Origin: Klebsormidium nitens
Taxonomy: Eukaryota; Plantae; Klebsormidiophyceae
Direction of reading: 5' to 3'
DNA: 64,000 nt
Assembly (NCBI GenBank): GCA_000708835.1
Contig: DF237364.1
Span: 1 to 64,000, forward strand
A program made the position numbers and the translations under genes. Positions 8,141 through 21,300 of this stretch are shown here, piece by piece (the first letter of the stretch is position 1; each line of letters opens with the position of its first letter). The notes beneath the pieces are model-generated. The model was not told the DNA's origin. It did no database searches and saw only the letters and a list, made by a program, of their open reading frames with translations.

Positions 8141-9352
8141 TCATAGCTTTCCGGTGATCCTCGGACGCTTCGCCACCCTCCTGGACCTGAGTGCGAGCGC
8201 GGCCGCCCTCCCGACGTCGATTGACCCGTCTGCGCCGACTGCGCTCGGAAGTTGACTGATCAACCCTGGCGTCAGCTCCGAGTTGAAGAGTCTCGACATA
8301 GGATTGTTGCTGCCACCTGATGCACCCCCTCCGGCCATGGTCTTCAAAGACTCCGACACGTCGCTCATTCCCAGTGCCTCTGCCACTCCAGATTCTTGTA
8401 CCAGTTTCGAGAAGGAAGCGATCAACGTCTGGGCCTTGGCTGAATCCACCCCAGACAGGATACCTCGAATCTCTTCCTCGAAGATGCCCAGGTCCAGATC
8501 CTGACCCGATTCGACCAAGCTCCGAGGGTCCGAGACGTCGATCTGTTCTGCCAACTTACGGAGAGCGGACTGCACAAAGTTGGCCCTCACGTTCAACAGG
8601 GTGGAACGCAACGTGCTCACTACGTCTCTGTACTTTGCGTCTTTCAATTTGTCAGCGACGTACGTCGCAACCATCTCGGAGTCGATGTCTTTGCCCTCTT
8701 CTCCGGCCGCCCACATCTTCAATTTCGCCAGCATGTCGGTGACCTTGTGCATGAGATCGTTGGAGTCCGGCTCTGCATCCTCGGAGGTGCCCCCCGCCGC
8801 TCTGATCATGCCGCCGAGGTCCACGCCGTCCAACAACTCGTCCACGTCCTCCTGCTTCAGGTCCTCTTCGTCCATGCTATTTATCATCTGGCGCGCCAAC
8901 TCCACAATCTTCTCGATCTTGCTCAAGAAGAGGGCTGGGACCACGACGCGTTTACCCAGGACCTCAGAAAACACTCCGGACCAGGCCCTGGCTGCTGCCG
9001 CGAGCTTTGGGTCCACTCCTGCCGACAGCCCCGCCGCATCGCGCAGCGCTTCCAGATGTTTGCGAGCCGCATCTTTGGAAGCATCAGACATGCCATACCA
9101 CAACCTCACGACATCCAACTGAGCCGACACGTGATCATTAGCTATGAGCCCTTCTACGTCGCCGTTCTGAAGAGCGGAGAGAGCGTCCGAATTAGACCGG
9201 AAGAATCGCGTCCATGCTTCTTGCAAGCAGTCTGGATCCTTACGAATGCACTGTTTCATCCTCGTCCGAAGCTTGACGAGCGGTGTATAGTTGGGGAACG
9301 CCTTGTTCAGTTGATTCGCAAAACCTTTAGCGATGGCATTGAAGTCACCCAT
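8141..9352 (-). CDS. Conserved NCLDV-like hypothetical protein (403 aa, helical)
   Basis: N-terminus FNAIAKGFANQLNKAFP...LWYGMSDASKDAARKHLEAL resembles the conserved FN..F..L..FP / W..S..K..L..L giant-virus family (recalled as PBCV-1 A488R / mimivirus L417-like; unverified). Confidence 0.6.
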   Translation of the reverse strand: MGDFNAIAKGFANQLNKAFPNYTPLVKLRTRMKQCIRKDPDCLQEAWTRFFRSNSDALSALQNGDVEGLIANDHVSAQLDVVRLWYGMSDASKDAARKHLEALRDAAGLSAGVDPKLAAAARAWSGVFSEVLGKRVVVPALFLSKIEKIVELARQMINSMDEEDLKQEDVDELLDGVDLGGMIRAAGGTSEDAEPDSNDLMHKVTDMLAKLKMWAAGEEGKDIDSEMVATYVADKLKDAKYRDVVSTLRSTLLNVRANFVQSALRKLAEQIDVSDPRSLVESGQDLDLGIFEEEIRGILSGVDSAKAQTLIASFSKLVQESGVAEALGMSDVSESLKTMAGGGASGGSNNPMSRLFNSELTPGLISQLPSAVGADGSIDVGRAAALALRSRRVAKRPRITGKL

Positions 9353-12055
9353 GGCTCCTATGCTCACGCAGAGAATGTTTTGAGCATGCATGGGACGCGT
9401 GGTGGAATGACAAACATAGGGAAGAGTTTTTAGAGAGAAAAAGTAGCTTTGTCTGTACTCTGTCCAGCACCTACGCTCCGAACCTCTCTGCAAAGCACTC
9501 TACGAAAAGCCCTAGCTTCTGCACGGAAGCTGGTGCTTCCTGCAGCACCTCTTCTCGCGACTAAGGCCGATTCTTAGTGGCAGAGCCATATACTTTCAAT
9601 CCTTGAGATATCTTGGGACGGTGGATTCGAATCTCGGCCGCGTCTGGTTTATCTGTCCGTCCTGAGGCTTCTGTTGATAGGAGTTGCTCCGTCAAGCCGA
9701 AGCAGTACTGTTGGGGCGATGAGAAGCTATTTGTGTCAAAGAACCTCCCCAGCAAAGTTGAGCGTTGTGCGCGGCTCGGTTATCGTGCTTATTGCCTTTC
9801 CAGATGTTTTCACGGTGTCGCTGGTGGCAATATATGCTGAACGGATTGTCCGCTCATCTCGCAACAACTCGTCCTACTGTCTGTCGATATGCCCGGCAGT
9901 ATGTACTCGGCCTGGCCCTGTAAACGTGTGGCAATGACGGTACGACAGGTCGACCGATTGGTCATGTCCTTGTAGCCAGGTCGTTGGAAGCCGCCGTGTA
10001 AACGCTCTGGCACCGGCGTGCTCTTACCGAAGCTCCTAGTGAGCATTCCTCGTCAATCCCGCAGTCTTTAGACCGCGCGATAATTCCGTGTACTTTCTGG
10101 AACGAGTCGAATTCTTGGCTAGTCGTGTCCTCAAAGTCGCAAACATAAGCTAAGGTAGGACCTCTTAGCAACAGCTTTTCGAGAAAACAAGCTGTTGTTA
10201 TCCATTTTGGCCAACTTGAGTATCTTCTTTGTGGATCTTTCCTGCAACTTCTTTGGTTTCAGTGTATGAGCTTCTTCAACCGCTCTCAGTAACTTAGTAC
10301 GGCGTGGCCCGCACAGGGTTGTCAACTCTTCACATTGTAAGGCATTCAAGTTGGAGTCGAGTTGGGTTCAGCAACCCTACCGTCATGCATTCCGCCTGGG
10401 CAAATCCTATTCAACCTCTCTCAGGATGTAACGATCGCTGCCAGACTGTCCTTCATATGCTCTTGTTGGGTGCGTATCGGTTGTGACGCGTTCGAATCAG
10501 CGTGGGACCTAGAAGGGCATGACCCACCACGCCTCCACAACCGGAACCGATTCAAACCTGACACCAAATTTGCTATGAGGATCAGCGACGGGTCGTACAT
10601 TTATCAAAGGCCGTTTGACGCCCAATGCCAGACTTGGTGCACACCTTCAATGATGCTCTAAAGATGGCAGAATCTTTTGCGCTGGTATGCCTGAAATGCT
10701 TCGCGGGCTGGCTTCTTCACCAAACCGCCCACATTGATTGAAGAATATTCTTCAATGAGGACGCCGGAGTGGTGTCTCGAATACAATGAACTTTTCAGCC
10801 GCTGCTGACCGGTGGCTTCGAATCTTTAGCTTTCTTCTCAAAATGGGCAACCATGTACAAATTATCGAGTTTGCAATCCCGGGTGTATGTCTGTAAGTTG
10901 TGTTGCAGGTCGCAAAGCACGCTGCTTTAGGCAGGCTCCCAACCTTATTAACATTCTTGGGCTAATTCTTATATTATTGCAGCTTGTCATCCGCATATGT
11001 GCCTTTCTCGCGCCATTTGTCTCTTTGGCCTTTTTGATCGGTGGCGATCCGTGCCTTCGTTTTGAAGCAGTTGAGCAAACAGAACCGATCTAGGAAGTGG
11101 AAACATTTTATTGCTCGATTTGAGGTCCTTTCTCTCTTGTCGGGCAGCGCTTGCTCGGGAGACTTGATTGAGCTCCGGTAACTGAATCAGATTGTACAAT
11201 TTCAGTGATCCGACGCGTCTTCATACAACAGGAGGAAGACGCAAGGCTTTCCTCTACGGCTCTGGGTTGGATCGACGGGTGGCCGTCTTCACAGCTCTCT
11301 CTTCGAGGGATCGTTCTCACGCTCCTGAAAAGTACCGTTTGTATTCCCTCGTCGGTGTCCGGAGGAATTTCCAAATGCCTTTTGCATACCCCTACCCCGA
11401 CGGTTGGGGGATCATCTAAGAGGAGCATGCAAATGCGTCGGAGTGTCTTCCCTTCGATTCCTGATCTTTGACCTTTCCTATTGATTGCGGCAGGCGGCCT
11501 TTCACTGTCAACATCCAACTTTCAGTATGTTCTCACTCGTCTTGCGTAGCGGCTATGACGCAAAGCAGCCTCAGTAGCAGAGCAATTGATGCCGGGACGG
11601 GGGCCTCTCAAACATGTTTCTGTGGCTCTTTCTGATGCCATCAACAGTTAGCCCTCCCGCGCGCGCATCAAGCTTTCTTTTTAAATGGGCCCCCATGCAG
11701 GTCGATGAATCAAATTCCATTTTGCTCTACTTCTTCAAAGCGGTGAAGCGGAGCAAATCCCATTGCCTCTGATACTTCACTGAGAGCTAAAGCAAGGGAC
11801 ATCCAAGTAATTCCAGATTCAAAGCTCTTTGGGCGGCCCACTGACGGGAGGCAATGGCAAGACCATAAATTTGATTATTTCCGTTTCGTAGCATTTTCTT
11901 GCCACAAGGAGGAGGCTATGATGTGATACAGTTGCTGACAACTATCTGGTCAGCGGAGCTTCTCGGACCCAGAGCCAGATGCCGCACTGCAGCTCTTTAA
12001 CCCTCCGGCCCAAATTTGACTGCAATCTCTTAACTTCTCCCCTTACAGTCCTTGA

Positions 12056-13051
12056 TCAGCTACGTCGGTACGGACGCTCCGGCCGAACTTTCAACGCTTT
12101 TTGTTTCGTCTTTCTTAGTACTCCTCTGCACAATAGTTTATGTGAGGAATTTGGTCGCCGATTGGGTTGCCTGAGAGACAGGCGTAGTCCGCTGCTCTTG
12201 CCGTTGCATGTGATGCATCGTAAAGCCTTTTCCAAAAACATTAGACGTGCTTTGATCTGCTCACTACGAAACTTCAAAGCTCTTGGGTGCACCTGCCGTC
12301 TCGTGATAGAAAAGCGAGCTGCTACTCACTCGAGCGCTCTTTACATACCGTACGAGCTGGAGCCCTGTCAACCAAGCGTATAGTAAGCTTCCTGTGCATG
12401 TAACCTGCGAGGAATCCTTGACGCGGAAGGACTGGAGTCTTCCGCGGGTTTGGATCGGGTACGGAGCTAGTTGGCCTCTCAGTGGCTGCACAGTGCACTG
12501 GTTTCAGGAGCTGGTCACTTGCTTTCACGAGCGGGCTGGCCACCTGTCAAGTACTTCTGTTGGAGTGCCCTCGTATGAACTAAATGCTTTACCAGCCGAT
12601 TCAGTACCACAAGACCGTTCTGTTTCTGAACGATTATACGGCTCTCAATCAATGCATTGTTGCATAACCTAGAACGGAGATATTATCCGTGGAGGATCCG
12701 TGGCCAATTTGGCTGGATCAAACATCGTTCGTGAGGCCGTCTCTTGATTAGTTGTCTGCTTGCTAACGGAGCCACACGTGGTGCTCCAGACAGCTATGAC
12801 GAGGCGGCCCTTGTTCTGGAAGCGGGAAGCTGCCCCTAACGACAGCTCTCGGACTCTTAAGTGGAGGATACTCCATGGGCCTGACGCCACGTATGGATAT
12901 CTAAATTCGTACTCTCAAAAATAGTTAGTATTACTAATTCTGGAATCATTTCATTCTGCTGGTACGATGCACTGTGTGATCTTACGTCAGATCCTTTATG
13001 GACGAGCCCAATTGGAGCACCATGTACAAAGAGAAACACCAGAAACATCAT
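12056..13051 (-). pseudogene. Decayed ORF with an F-box-like start and a C-terminal CxxC...HKxxC (MYND-like) remnant
   Basis: The fragments EMIPELVILTIF (12857-13051) and LRCITC...HKLLC (12056-12292) lie in the same reading frame, separated by stops. Confidence 0.2.
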
Positions 13052-16000
13052 GACGTGATTGCAAATTCTGACAGGAGTTGCGGTGTTAAAAGCGGTCTAC
13101 GATATCAAGTCCGTTGCGCGTAAGCAAAACCTGTCCGTCACAGTAAGTTCAGGTTCTCGTGCAACTGTGGCAAGGATTGACCTCTGAACTGAGGCGCACT
13201 TTTGATGCTATCAGACCCGATCACGTAATGCTGACGCCACACATAGTTCCATGGCAATAATTCAATTTAAAGTGTCAGAGTCAGTGCTCTTCCATACCTC
13301 CTCAGACGTAAGTTGATGTCAGGCACAAGTAGGTTCCTTGCTTGCTCAAACGTCAGAGTCGAAGCAATCCTTTTGTAATGCGCGTACTGGCCCCGTCTTG
13401 CAAGATGACCGGCGCACCTGATCACCTGATCAGTGCACTGGCTCATGCAACATATAGTATGTATTTGCACGCGGTTCATGTCAGATCCGGATCTGGCAAT
13501 TCTGGAGACTTGTTGGTCCTGGATGGTCGGAGGGCCATTTGTCGTTCTTGCACCCCCGGGCGCCAAAACCTTCTGAGTGTCGTTTGAAAGCTGAAAGCTA
13601 GCTGGCCTGTATCCTCAACTAGAACTGGTTTCAAATGCGTCTGCCTTTTGAGCTTTCAGGTTGAGATGCGGGCTTATATTGTCCTCTGTACAAAGCTCGT
13701 ATTAGGAGAGCACAAATCCTATCGAGGGCTGCTTCTGAACAGATGTGGGCATAAATCTTACACGAGCTGTTTGAAAGCTGATTGTCCTTTCGAGACCTGC
13801 AATATGAAAATATGAGAATGTTACCGGCCCGCCCCGGACAGGCGGCGGGAGCTTAGCTTGCCTCTTATCGATGGTAATCCGTGGTGTGAGAAGTTATTGA
13901 TCAGGTGACTGGCTGACAATTAGGTGGTGCCCGACCTCGTGCATGGTATGTAGGCCTTTCGTAGAGCGGTACCGGTAGCTGTTGTAACCCCTTTAATTCC
14001 AAGCTGCCCCCAAGTGATATGAAAATCCGCAAAATTGTTCCGACTTTCAGTGCGGGCAAGTGCGTTGCAGCATTACGTCTACGCGCGAGCGGTCGGGCGA
14101 AAGCGCGCGCGCGATCAACGGTGGAGCAGAAACCTGCGCCGCGCCAGCGCGCGGCCGGGCAGTCGGAAAGCTAAGTTTCTCACAGTCTGCCAAACTTCTT
14201 ATGTTTGCTGTACGTTTTGACTTATCCGGATCGATCCCAAAGGAAACACCTGCGCAGACTTACCGCACTCAGGCCCGCATGAGCGCACCGGCGGCGTCGA
14301 ACGGCGTCGCTCGAACATGGAAGTTCCTTTAACTTCTTCAGAGCTCCCTCTTTGATGAACAGGTGAAGAAAAGAGGAAGTCCAATATCTACGCGATCACC
14401 AGACGGAACAACACATTACTGCTTTTTTAATAGTCTTTGATCCTGAGCAAGCTTCTTTGGCGCCGACCTCGTTCACGTCCAGTCGAACCGTTCAAAATGA
14501 GAATATCTGTGTGGCCGTAATCTCAAACTTGCAAAAGATGCTAGGATGGCGGTAATTCCGCCACTGGAACGTGGAAGTGACGCCACTCGGTCTAACAGTC
14601 ATTCTCAGCTTTCAGGCTCCGTTTCTAGTAGTAGAATAGGACTCGGGCCTCTTCCGTCGATCAAGGGTCCTCGACGTTTGTCCGATCCCAAATGAACTCC
14701 ATAACTTAACAAACCGCTTGCAGCTTTTTGCATCGTAGGGTATTGAAAGGTAAGCTTGGCTTGTTTGAATGGCCTTATCTCTGTCGATTGCCAAATCTTT
14801 TGTTACGGGCTTTTCATGTGGGGCAAAAGGAGAGGGACCTCGTTTCATATGGACTTTCGCGGTACCTGCCACGCAAACTGGCGCTGCGCACAAAGTCATT
14901 CTGCTTGGTAAGCTTGTGATGAGATGGAGCTCTGCTGAGCAATTCTCTCATTATAAGCCCACTCTGGAGGTACTGCTTTCTTCAAGCGATCGTCTAATTA
15001 CCCAGCATCCAATGCTTCTCCATTCTCAACGGATTGTTGCGCGGTTTCAAAGCAACGCCCGGTGCTCGAGCCACGGACTAGCCCGAGGCGCTCCTCGTGT
15101 CGAAAGTGTATCGGGCCCCTAAAAGTATCACTCAGAAAAAACTCTATGGTGCCAGACTCCACCACTGCATACCGTGGCTGGTCATTGTTTGACAGAGCTT
15201 CTTTCTATGTCTTTCGTTGCCACGAAGCTGCGCCGGAGACCAGATTTAAAATTGTTTTCTTTCCCAACTTCATGCAGTCGATCGCTTGTGGCAGATTCCA
15301 AACAGAAGACAGATGGTTTCATTTTCGTAACTTGGCACGAGCAAAAATCTGTGAAAGTACAATTATGCTCTGTGCCCACCAACTACTCCGTGTTGCCCTG
15401 CTTAGTGACGTAAATACTTTGGTTTCCTTTGAAAACATCCGACCCAGCTCATGCAGCCGTCACGGTGGCCAGAATCCGGGCCCTCTAGCTGAGTCGCGCA
15501 CTCATTCTAAGCACACATCGAGATAGTGCCACACGATGGGCTGAAAAATCAAGTTTCGACTATTCTGCCGCGCTTCTCTTCTTGTCACTTGAACTTTCAA
15601 GCGTACGAAGGTACGAATATAAAATACAAATTATTGTTCCCCGCGCGTCCGTCAAAATCCTCTTTCAATTCCTTTCTATGGCGAATTCGTCCGCTGTCTG
15701 ATCACAAGGGCCTGGATCCTTTAAGTCGCTCACTTAATCTTTCAGATCTAGCTAAGGGACGATAGGTCGGCAATGACCGAGATCTGAGTGGCCACCTGGA
15801 TGGTTGAATGGCTACATCTTGCCAAGCTTAATGGATGATGCCGAGACGCACATCTGTGTTGTCAAGAAATTGCAAGAGCTGGGTTCAAGAAGGGTTTACC
15901 CTTCTGGATCCAGATTCGGGGCTAAGCGTACTATGCGAGTCAACGGTGGAAAAGCGCACGTCACTGCTTGTGGAATCAACCGTTTCATTCAAAAGACGGA

Positions 16001-19000
16001 CTTTGTTTTGGAGATCCTATCAGAGTGTAATGGCCCGAGTCTCAATTGAGCGTTATATGTAAATTGCTGACATAGTACACTACATCGCCCACTTTCAGAA
16101 AAGACGTGTTTACTCATGAACACTACTAGTGTTGGTCCTATCAGCACGGCCCAGCAAAATGCGTTTTTGTCTTTCTTCGGCGCCTTCGACGGTCCAATCA
16201 AGGGGATGAGTGACAATTCACAGGGGTCGGGATGCAGAAATTTGTTGCGCGAGCACGCAAATCGTCGCTTAGTTCACCGAGTACTTTCAAATTTACGTCC
16301 CAATCGCGTAACCATTGGTCCATGACACGAGCCAGGATAGTTTTGGCAACGAAACCGTGCCCTCTTTTCTTGCGCCTTTCTTCTGAACCAGGCGGCTTCG
16401 AGTATTCTAAGGATCGTTCCGAGTGCTCGTTTCTTTAGCGCTTCCGAATCTTTTGACTTTTCTGGAACGCGCGCTAGGCATGCAGTCACATCTAGATTTA
16501 TGGGACACTTGTCTCCCTCAACGGCCAAGTAATGCTCGACTGCGTGCGCGAGCTCAAAACTGGATTTGAGAGTCCGGCACGGATCCGAACCGATCACTAT
16601 GGCGCAAAGTCAAGTTGTTGCCAGCCTCGTACGCGGGGCAGACCTGGTTCCTTAGACTGCCGTGCCGTGCGACACTCGACCCGCCCGCGGGCCCGCTGTC
16701 CTGCATCGGTTTCCGACTCGGATGCCCGGCCGGGCCGCCGCCCTTGCAAGCATTCGACTCGAATGTCTGGGCATTTGTGGTCGCGCGCGTTTGAAACGCC
16801 AGCTTAGTAGTTGGTGAGAATAGTGCACGCGTCACTTCGTGCGCCCGATCGGACGCATCACGAAGAGCGCGCGCGCGCGGCGCCTCGTCGTGGCACAAAG
16901 CGGGCTAGTGACCCCTGCGTTTCCGTTTCCATTAGCTCGTTTCAGACTCTGCAGCAAAATCTCTGCCGGTCTTGGTCTCTTTCTAAAAGGCCCAGATCTC
17001 GAGCTCACCTTCTTGCGCAAGCGGATGCTGTAAGCGTTCAGAATATTATAGTTGGTTGTGTTTCTTGGGGCGCCGCTTTTGAATGTAGAATTAGGTAAGA
17101 AAAAGATGAAAATTGATTCGATAAAGGTTCGGCATGAGCAATTACTCGACCGATGTCGGATTCAAACTTTGGCTGTGACATTCTATGATTGGGAAGCAAG
17201 GGTTTGGGAGGCTTTCTTCCATCGTCACTCTGTGCTTGACACGGAGCCAAGAAGGTTGACTACGTCCTTGTACTCTGTGGTACGTCCATTGAGTAGGTAT
17301 GAGGATGCTTCGATTTGATTTCGCCCCACCTTTCTTCCATGCCCATCCGTAAAAAAGTTTCACTCTAGCCTTTAGAGGATTGAATCCAGGAATGATACCG
17401 TTGGGCGGCGAGCCCAGTAGAGCATTCCGTCAATTTGAAATTGTGCGCCACGAGCCTGTTAGAAGACATTCGAGGAAGCGACGTACACTTTTTATTGATA
17501 AGCCTCTACTGACTGAAAGCCCCCACAGAATCTCGTCCTTCACGTTCTCTGTGTACGTTAAGCCCGGCTACCCATCATCCACTGATGGATAACTAACGGA
17601 CGGGCCGCAAGAACGGTTGAGGGTCGAACATTCTTCTTGAAGGTCCATGAGCATTTTTATGCTCGAGAACTTCAAGTTGTTGCAACATTTCGCATCACGA
17701 TGGGCACCCGGAAATGATCCTGGCGAGGAGATATCTTGATGTGTCAAATGGTACGATCCCATCGTTTAAGCTGGCGCCCGGGCCAGTCGCTCTCTCAAAA
17801 CCTGCTAGAACACCTCATCATCCATATGACACCCAGCCGGAACAGCCACCCTTCATCACATGACTAGCTCTTGATTTATCTCCCCTTGCCTTTCGCAACG
17901 GATACTTTCCCCTTCTTTTCAAAGGCGTCAAGTTTTTGTGTGGCTGTGATGCTTAGAAGACCGGGACGGCAACTTCGCCACAGCTTAGTTAACGGGCTTT
18001 CCAGTGCCAGTGCCCCAGCTTTCTGATGCCGCTGCATGTATGTTGTAGTTTGATTCGCCTTTCAAAAGCTCTGAGGGCTCTCACGTCAATCTTCGGTTCT
18101 GGAACTTTTGTTTCGTTCCTAAGAACCGAAGTTACTACGGCAAAAAAATAGCCGTCCCTCGTGTGGAAATACAGTTCGTTCCTTCAAGTACTTTCTCCAA
18201 AAGGGGAGTCACTTCCCACGATTTATGCAGATTAAACGAGAGGCACATTTTGCTTAGAATCTCCTTGCTCCACTCGTTGCTTCACTCGGATGGGGCTACT
18301 ACAGTTTAGTGAATAGTTTCCAATCTCATTGTCGCCTGTGCCGTGTTCACCGCAATTTTTCAGACAAATCGGTGGAGTGTGCACGTGATGTCACGGCTTG
18401 CGGTATACCAATCTTTCCACGAGACAAACTATCTCTTTTATCCGCGACACTCTGCTCGGCTTGAGTCAAATCATGCAGCCGTGGCCAGGACTAGAGCTCT
18501 CTGATTTGAGGCGCGCAATTGACCGTGTGCGATCAAGATGAGATCGTGACTCGCAAACGCCACACGTCGGGCCTAAGAGTGGGTGGTTCAAGTGGGAATG
18601 CAGGTTTTTCACCTTACAATCTGAATGAAGCTTATTTAGTGTTGACACAGAGGTAGAGTTGTTGCTTGAAGTTCGTCAGAGTAACCGTTCTTTACAAGAG
18701 CGTGTTGTTTGCAATCTAAGATCGGCACGCCTGGTTGCGTTGGCTTTTTTTATTCTAAAAGCTGATTGCTTGGTCAGTCGGCCGAGGCAATGACGGACTC
18801 TTATCTGGCCATCCGGCATGGTCAGAGAATCACCTCTCTTACCGACATACCGAGCCGGTTGGCAAATAGTCGCTTCAACGGGACTGACTGATAGGAAACC
18901 GTCCGCGTGGAAACTGCTTTCAAGTGCTCAATAGACGCCCCTCTTATGGTTTATCCACGAGTGCGTGGCCGATACCAAAAGGCGACTTCGAGTGATCTGA

Positions 19001-21049
19001 GGCTTCTTCTCCGTAGCATTTCTCTCTTGGGTCTCGATTCTTGTGGGGATCTTCCATCACGGGGAGCAAATCGCGCGCGATTCGGATCTGGTGGGCGTGG
19101 CACTCGCACCGGAGCGAAGGTGCCAGGGCACATGTCACCTTCAAAAATCAAATACGTACCCAACTGAATCTTTTACTTGAACGCAAAATACCACTTGGGT
19201 TGTCTGGACTAAACCACACTAGCGGCTCAAATCGGTGTTAAAACGTGTACGTCGCTGCCATCACGTGGCGCAGACGCTCTCCTGGGGGCTGCGCTGTGCA
19301 CGCTCGAAATCACTAGATTGGCCTGGACCGCCACTGGATAAAGCGCGTGAGCCGCCTGCTTAAAAGGCCAATGCCCGGGCCGGAAGTTGCCAGCCGCGGC
19401 GCGCGGCCGCGCGTGCGCGACGCTCGGTTTGAATTTTAACGTAGCGGGTGCCTTGCTTCAGCTGTCCGACGCATCTCAATCAAGGCCACGGCCGCCCGCT
19501 TCAGCCTGATTGCCCACGAATTTTTGAAGTTTCAGGTTTGGCAGGACATCTTCTGGCCTTCGAGCAAATACATTTGATCGAGTCTCTTGACCAGTGCCCT
19601 TCTGCAAAGGAAGTGCGGAGGCCGTAGGATCAAAAGACAATAGTCCGCTAGTACTGTGTTCTCTGGCAGCTTTGAGTGCATGGCACAGGCGCTCGTAATG
19701 TTCAGACGGCGGCGCAGTGCACTTCAAATCCATCCGGAATTGGCGCGGGCGGCCGGAGACGGCCGCGCGCCGGCCACATCTTGGGTTACGCTCGGTTCCG
19801 ACAGAACACAGCAATCGATCGAGCGCGCGCGCGCGCTCCCCGCCTACTCTGGGCACTTTTGATGAGAGCTTGCAGAGCTGAGCTTATACTGCCTCGCCGG
19901 TCGCTCCTTCTTATCCATTTTCTACTGCATCCTATCGAATTCGCAAAATACGTTAGTGCTCGCACTCGCTGTCCTTTAACTTAGGTGCCGCGCCAGACTT
20001 CTCGAGGTATCGGCAATGATTAGCATGTTCTCTGGTCCTTTTTTTGGCCCTGGATTTTGCACGAGCCGTTGCAATATGTGCGGCCTGTCCTTGTGTGGCG
20101 CTCGAGGCGTTCAATGGTCGGGCATATCGAGCGCGATCTGGTAGGACGGCTTGGCAATTGTACCTAAGCAGATGTGCCGAGGCACGTGTCTTTCTAATGA
20201 TCAGATACATACCCAGGACCGGGCAGTGCTTTCACGAAACGGATTTAAAAACCACCTGGGTCATCTGGGATGGGCCGCAGTGCCGACTGACGCATCGCTG
20301 CTAGCCACGTGGCGTAGACGTCTTCGACTTTCTTAGAGTGCAGTGCACTCTCAAAACAACCCACATTGCAAAGGGAGGGCGCGGCTCATGCAAAACTGCA
20401 CCGGTCGAGACCCTGGAACTTCTTGAAGCAGGTGAAAACGCGGCCGAGAGCAAGGCCTTCTTTGGACTGTGTAGGATTAGCGCGCGCGCCTTGCTTCTTG
20501 GCGTCCCACCCTGCTTTAGCTTCATGAGCGCGCGCGCACGGCTTTAGGGGCTTGCCAGAAACGCGCCTAGCCACCCTTCTTCATGCGCCCTCTTCGGAAT
20601 CGGCAATCAAATTGATCGGGGCGCGGTATCAATACAATTTTAGAGGTATACGTGCTTTGCATGGGTCTCTCGAGCTGGATATTCGCGGCTCGTCATATTT
20701 GACTTCTTGGGGCCCTCTAGAATGACATTCCAAGATCATCTCGTTGGTGTTTCGAAGTAACCTGGGCCTATCATGGCCACCAGGTAACCAAATTGGTCAG
20801 CTTTCAAACGTCTCTGGCTGTGACGAGATGATGCTGCTCGCTGGATCTGGAAAACGTTTTCCAGACGCCCGCTCCTACAATCTCACGGAGCCCAAAACAT
20901 TCATTGCCGCGCTGAGACCCCGTGTTAATAATATAGCTTGATTAGTGATTCTTAACAACGCACTTCTATTTTACACCGCCTCTTCCCTGCTTCAGGTAAG
21001 ATTTTTCAATCGGAGAAGCTATAGAATCTAAGAAGCTCGCGCTCCAATC

Positions 21050-21300
21050 CGTTGCATGAGCCCACGTTTGTTGCACACAGCTTTTGGAAAGATTGGTTTG
21101 ACCAGTCGTCTGATCGATCCCTTTCAAAGCGAGTTCTTATCGTGCCCAAATTTTGAGAATGACGTCACAGTATATCCGCAGGGGCTCAATACATTGCGTA
21201 CAGGCGCGCCCGCTGCTTCAAAATTGCGCCGGATAACAAGCTTCTTTCCGCGAAATCTCCCAGGCCTCAACACTTCGCGCGGTCACAACCCGCTCGGAGT
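21050..21300 (-). pseudogene. F-box-like gene remnant
   Basis: Reads EPLRIYCDVILKIWAR*EL and is paralogous to 22450-22700. Confidence 0.35.

Larger units (their letters stand above)
1978..9352. mobile_element. Endogenous viral element, giant-virus (Nucleocytoviricota)-derived gene cassette
   Basis: Seven tightly packed intronless ORFs, including an NCLDV-type A32 ATPase, a Bro-N protein and a dUTPase-like fusion, inside an intron-rich eukaryotic genome. The boundaries are approximate; no TIR or TSD was found. Confidence 0.85.

Noticed and set aside
2355-9433. Long antisense or overlapping ORFs (2355-3041, 3109-3801, 8580-9122, 8747-9433 and others)
   Set aside because: Shadows of GC-rich genes on the opposite strand, with no motifs.
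1920-9560. Polinton, virophage or transposon with defined ends
   Set aside because: No protein-primed polymerase, integrase, protease or capsid gene is seen. Only a 7-bp CTTTGCA/TGCAAAG match was found at the borders, and the ATPase motifs are NCLDV-type.
9560-10700. Possible A18-like SF2 helicase remnant (QTVGRVVAR)
   Set aside because: A single motif-VI-like word. No Walker A or B could be read.
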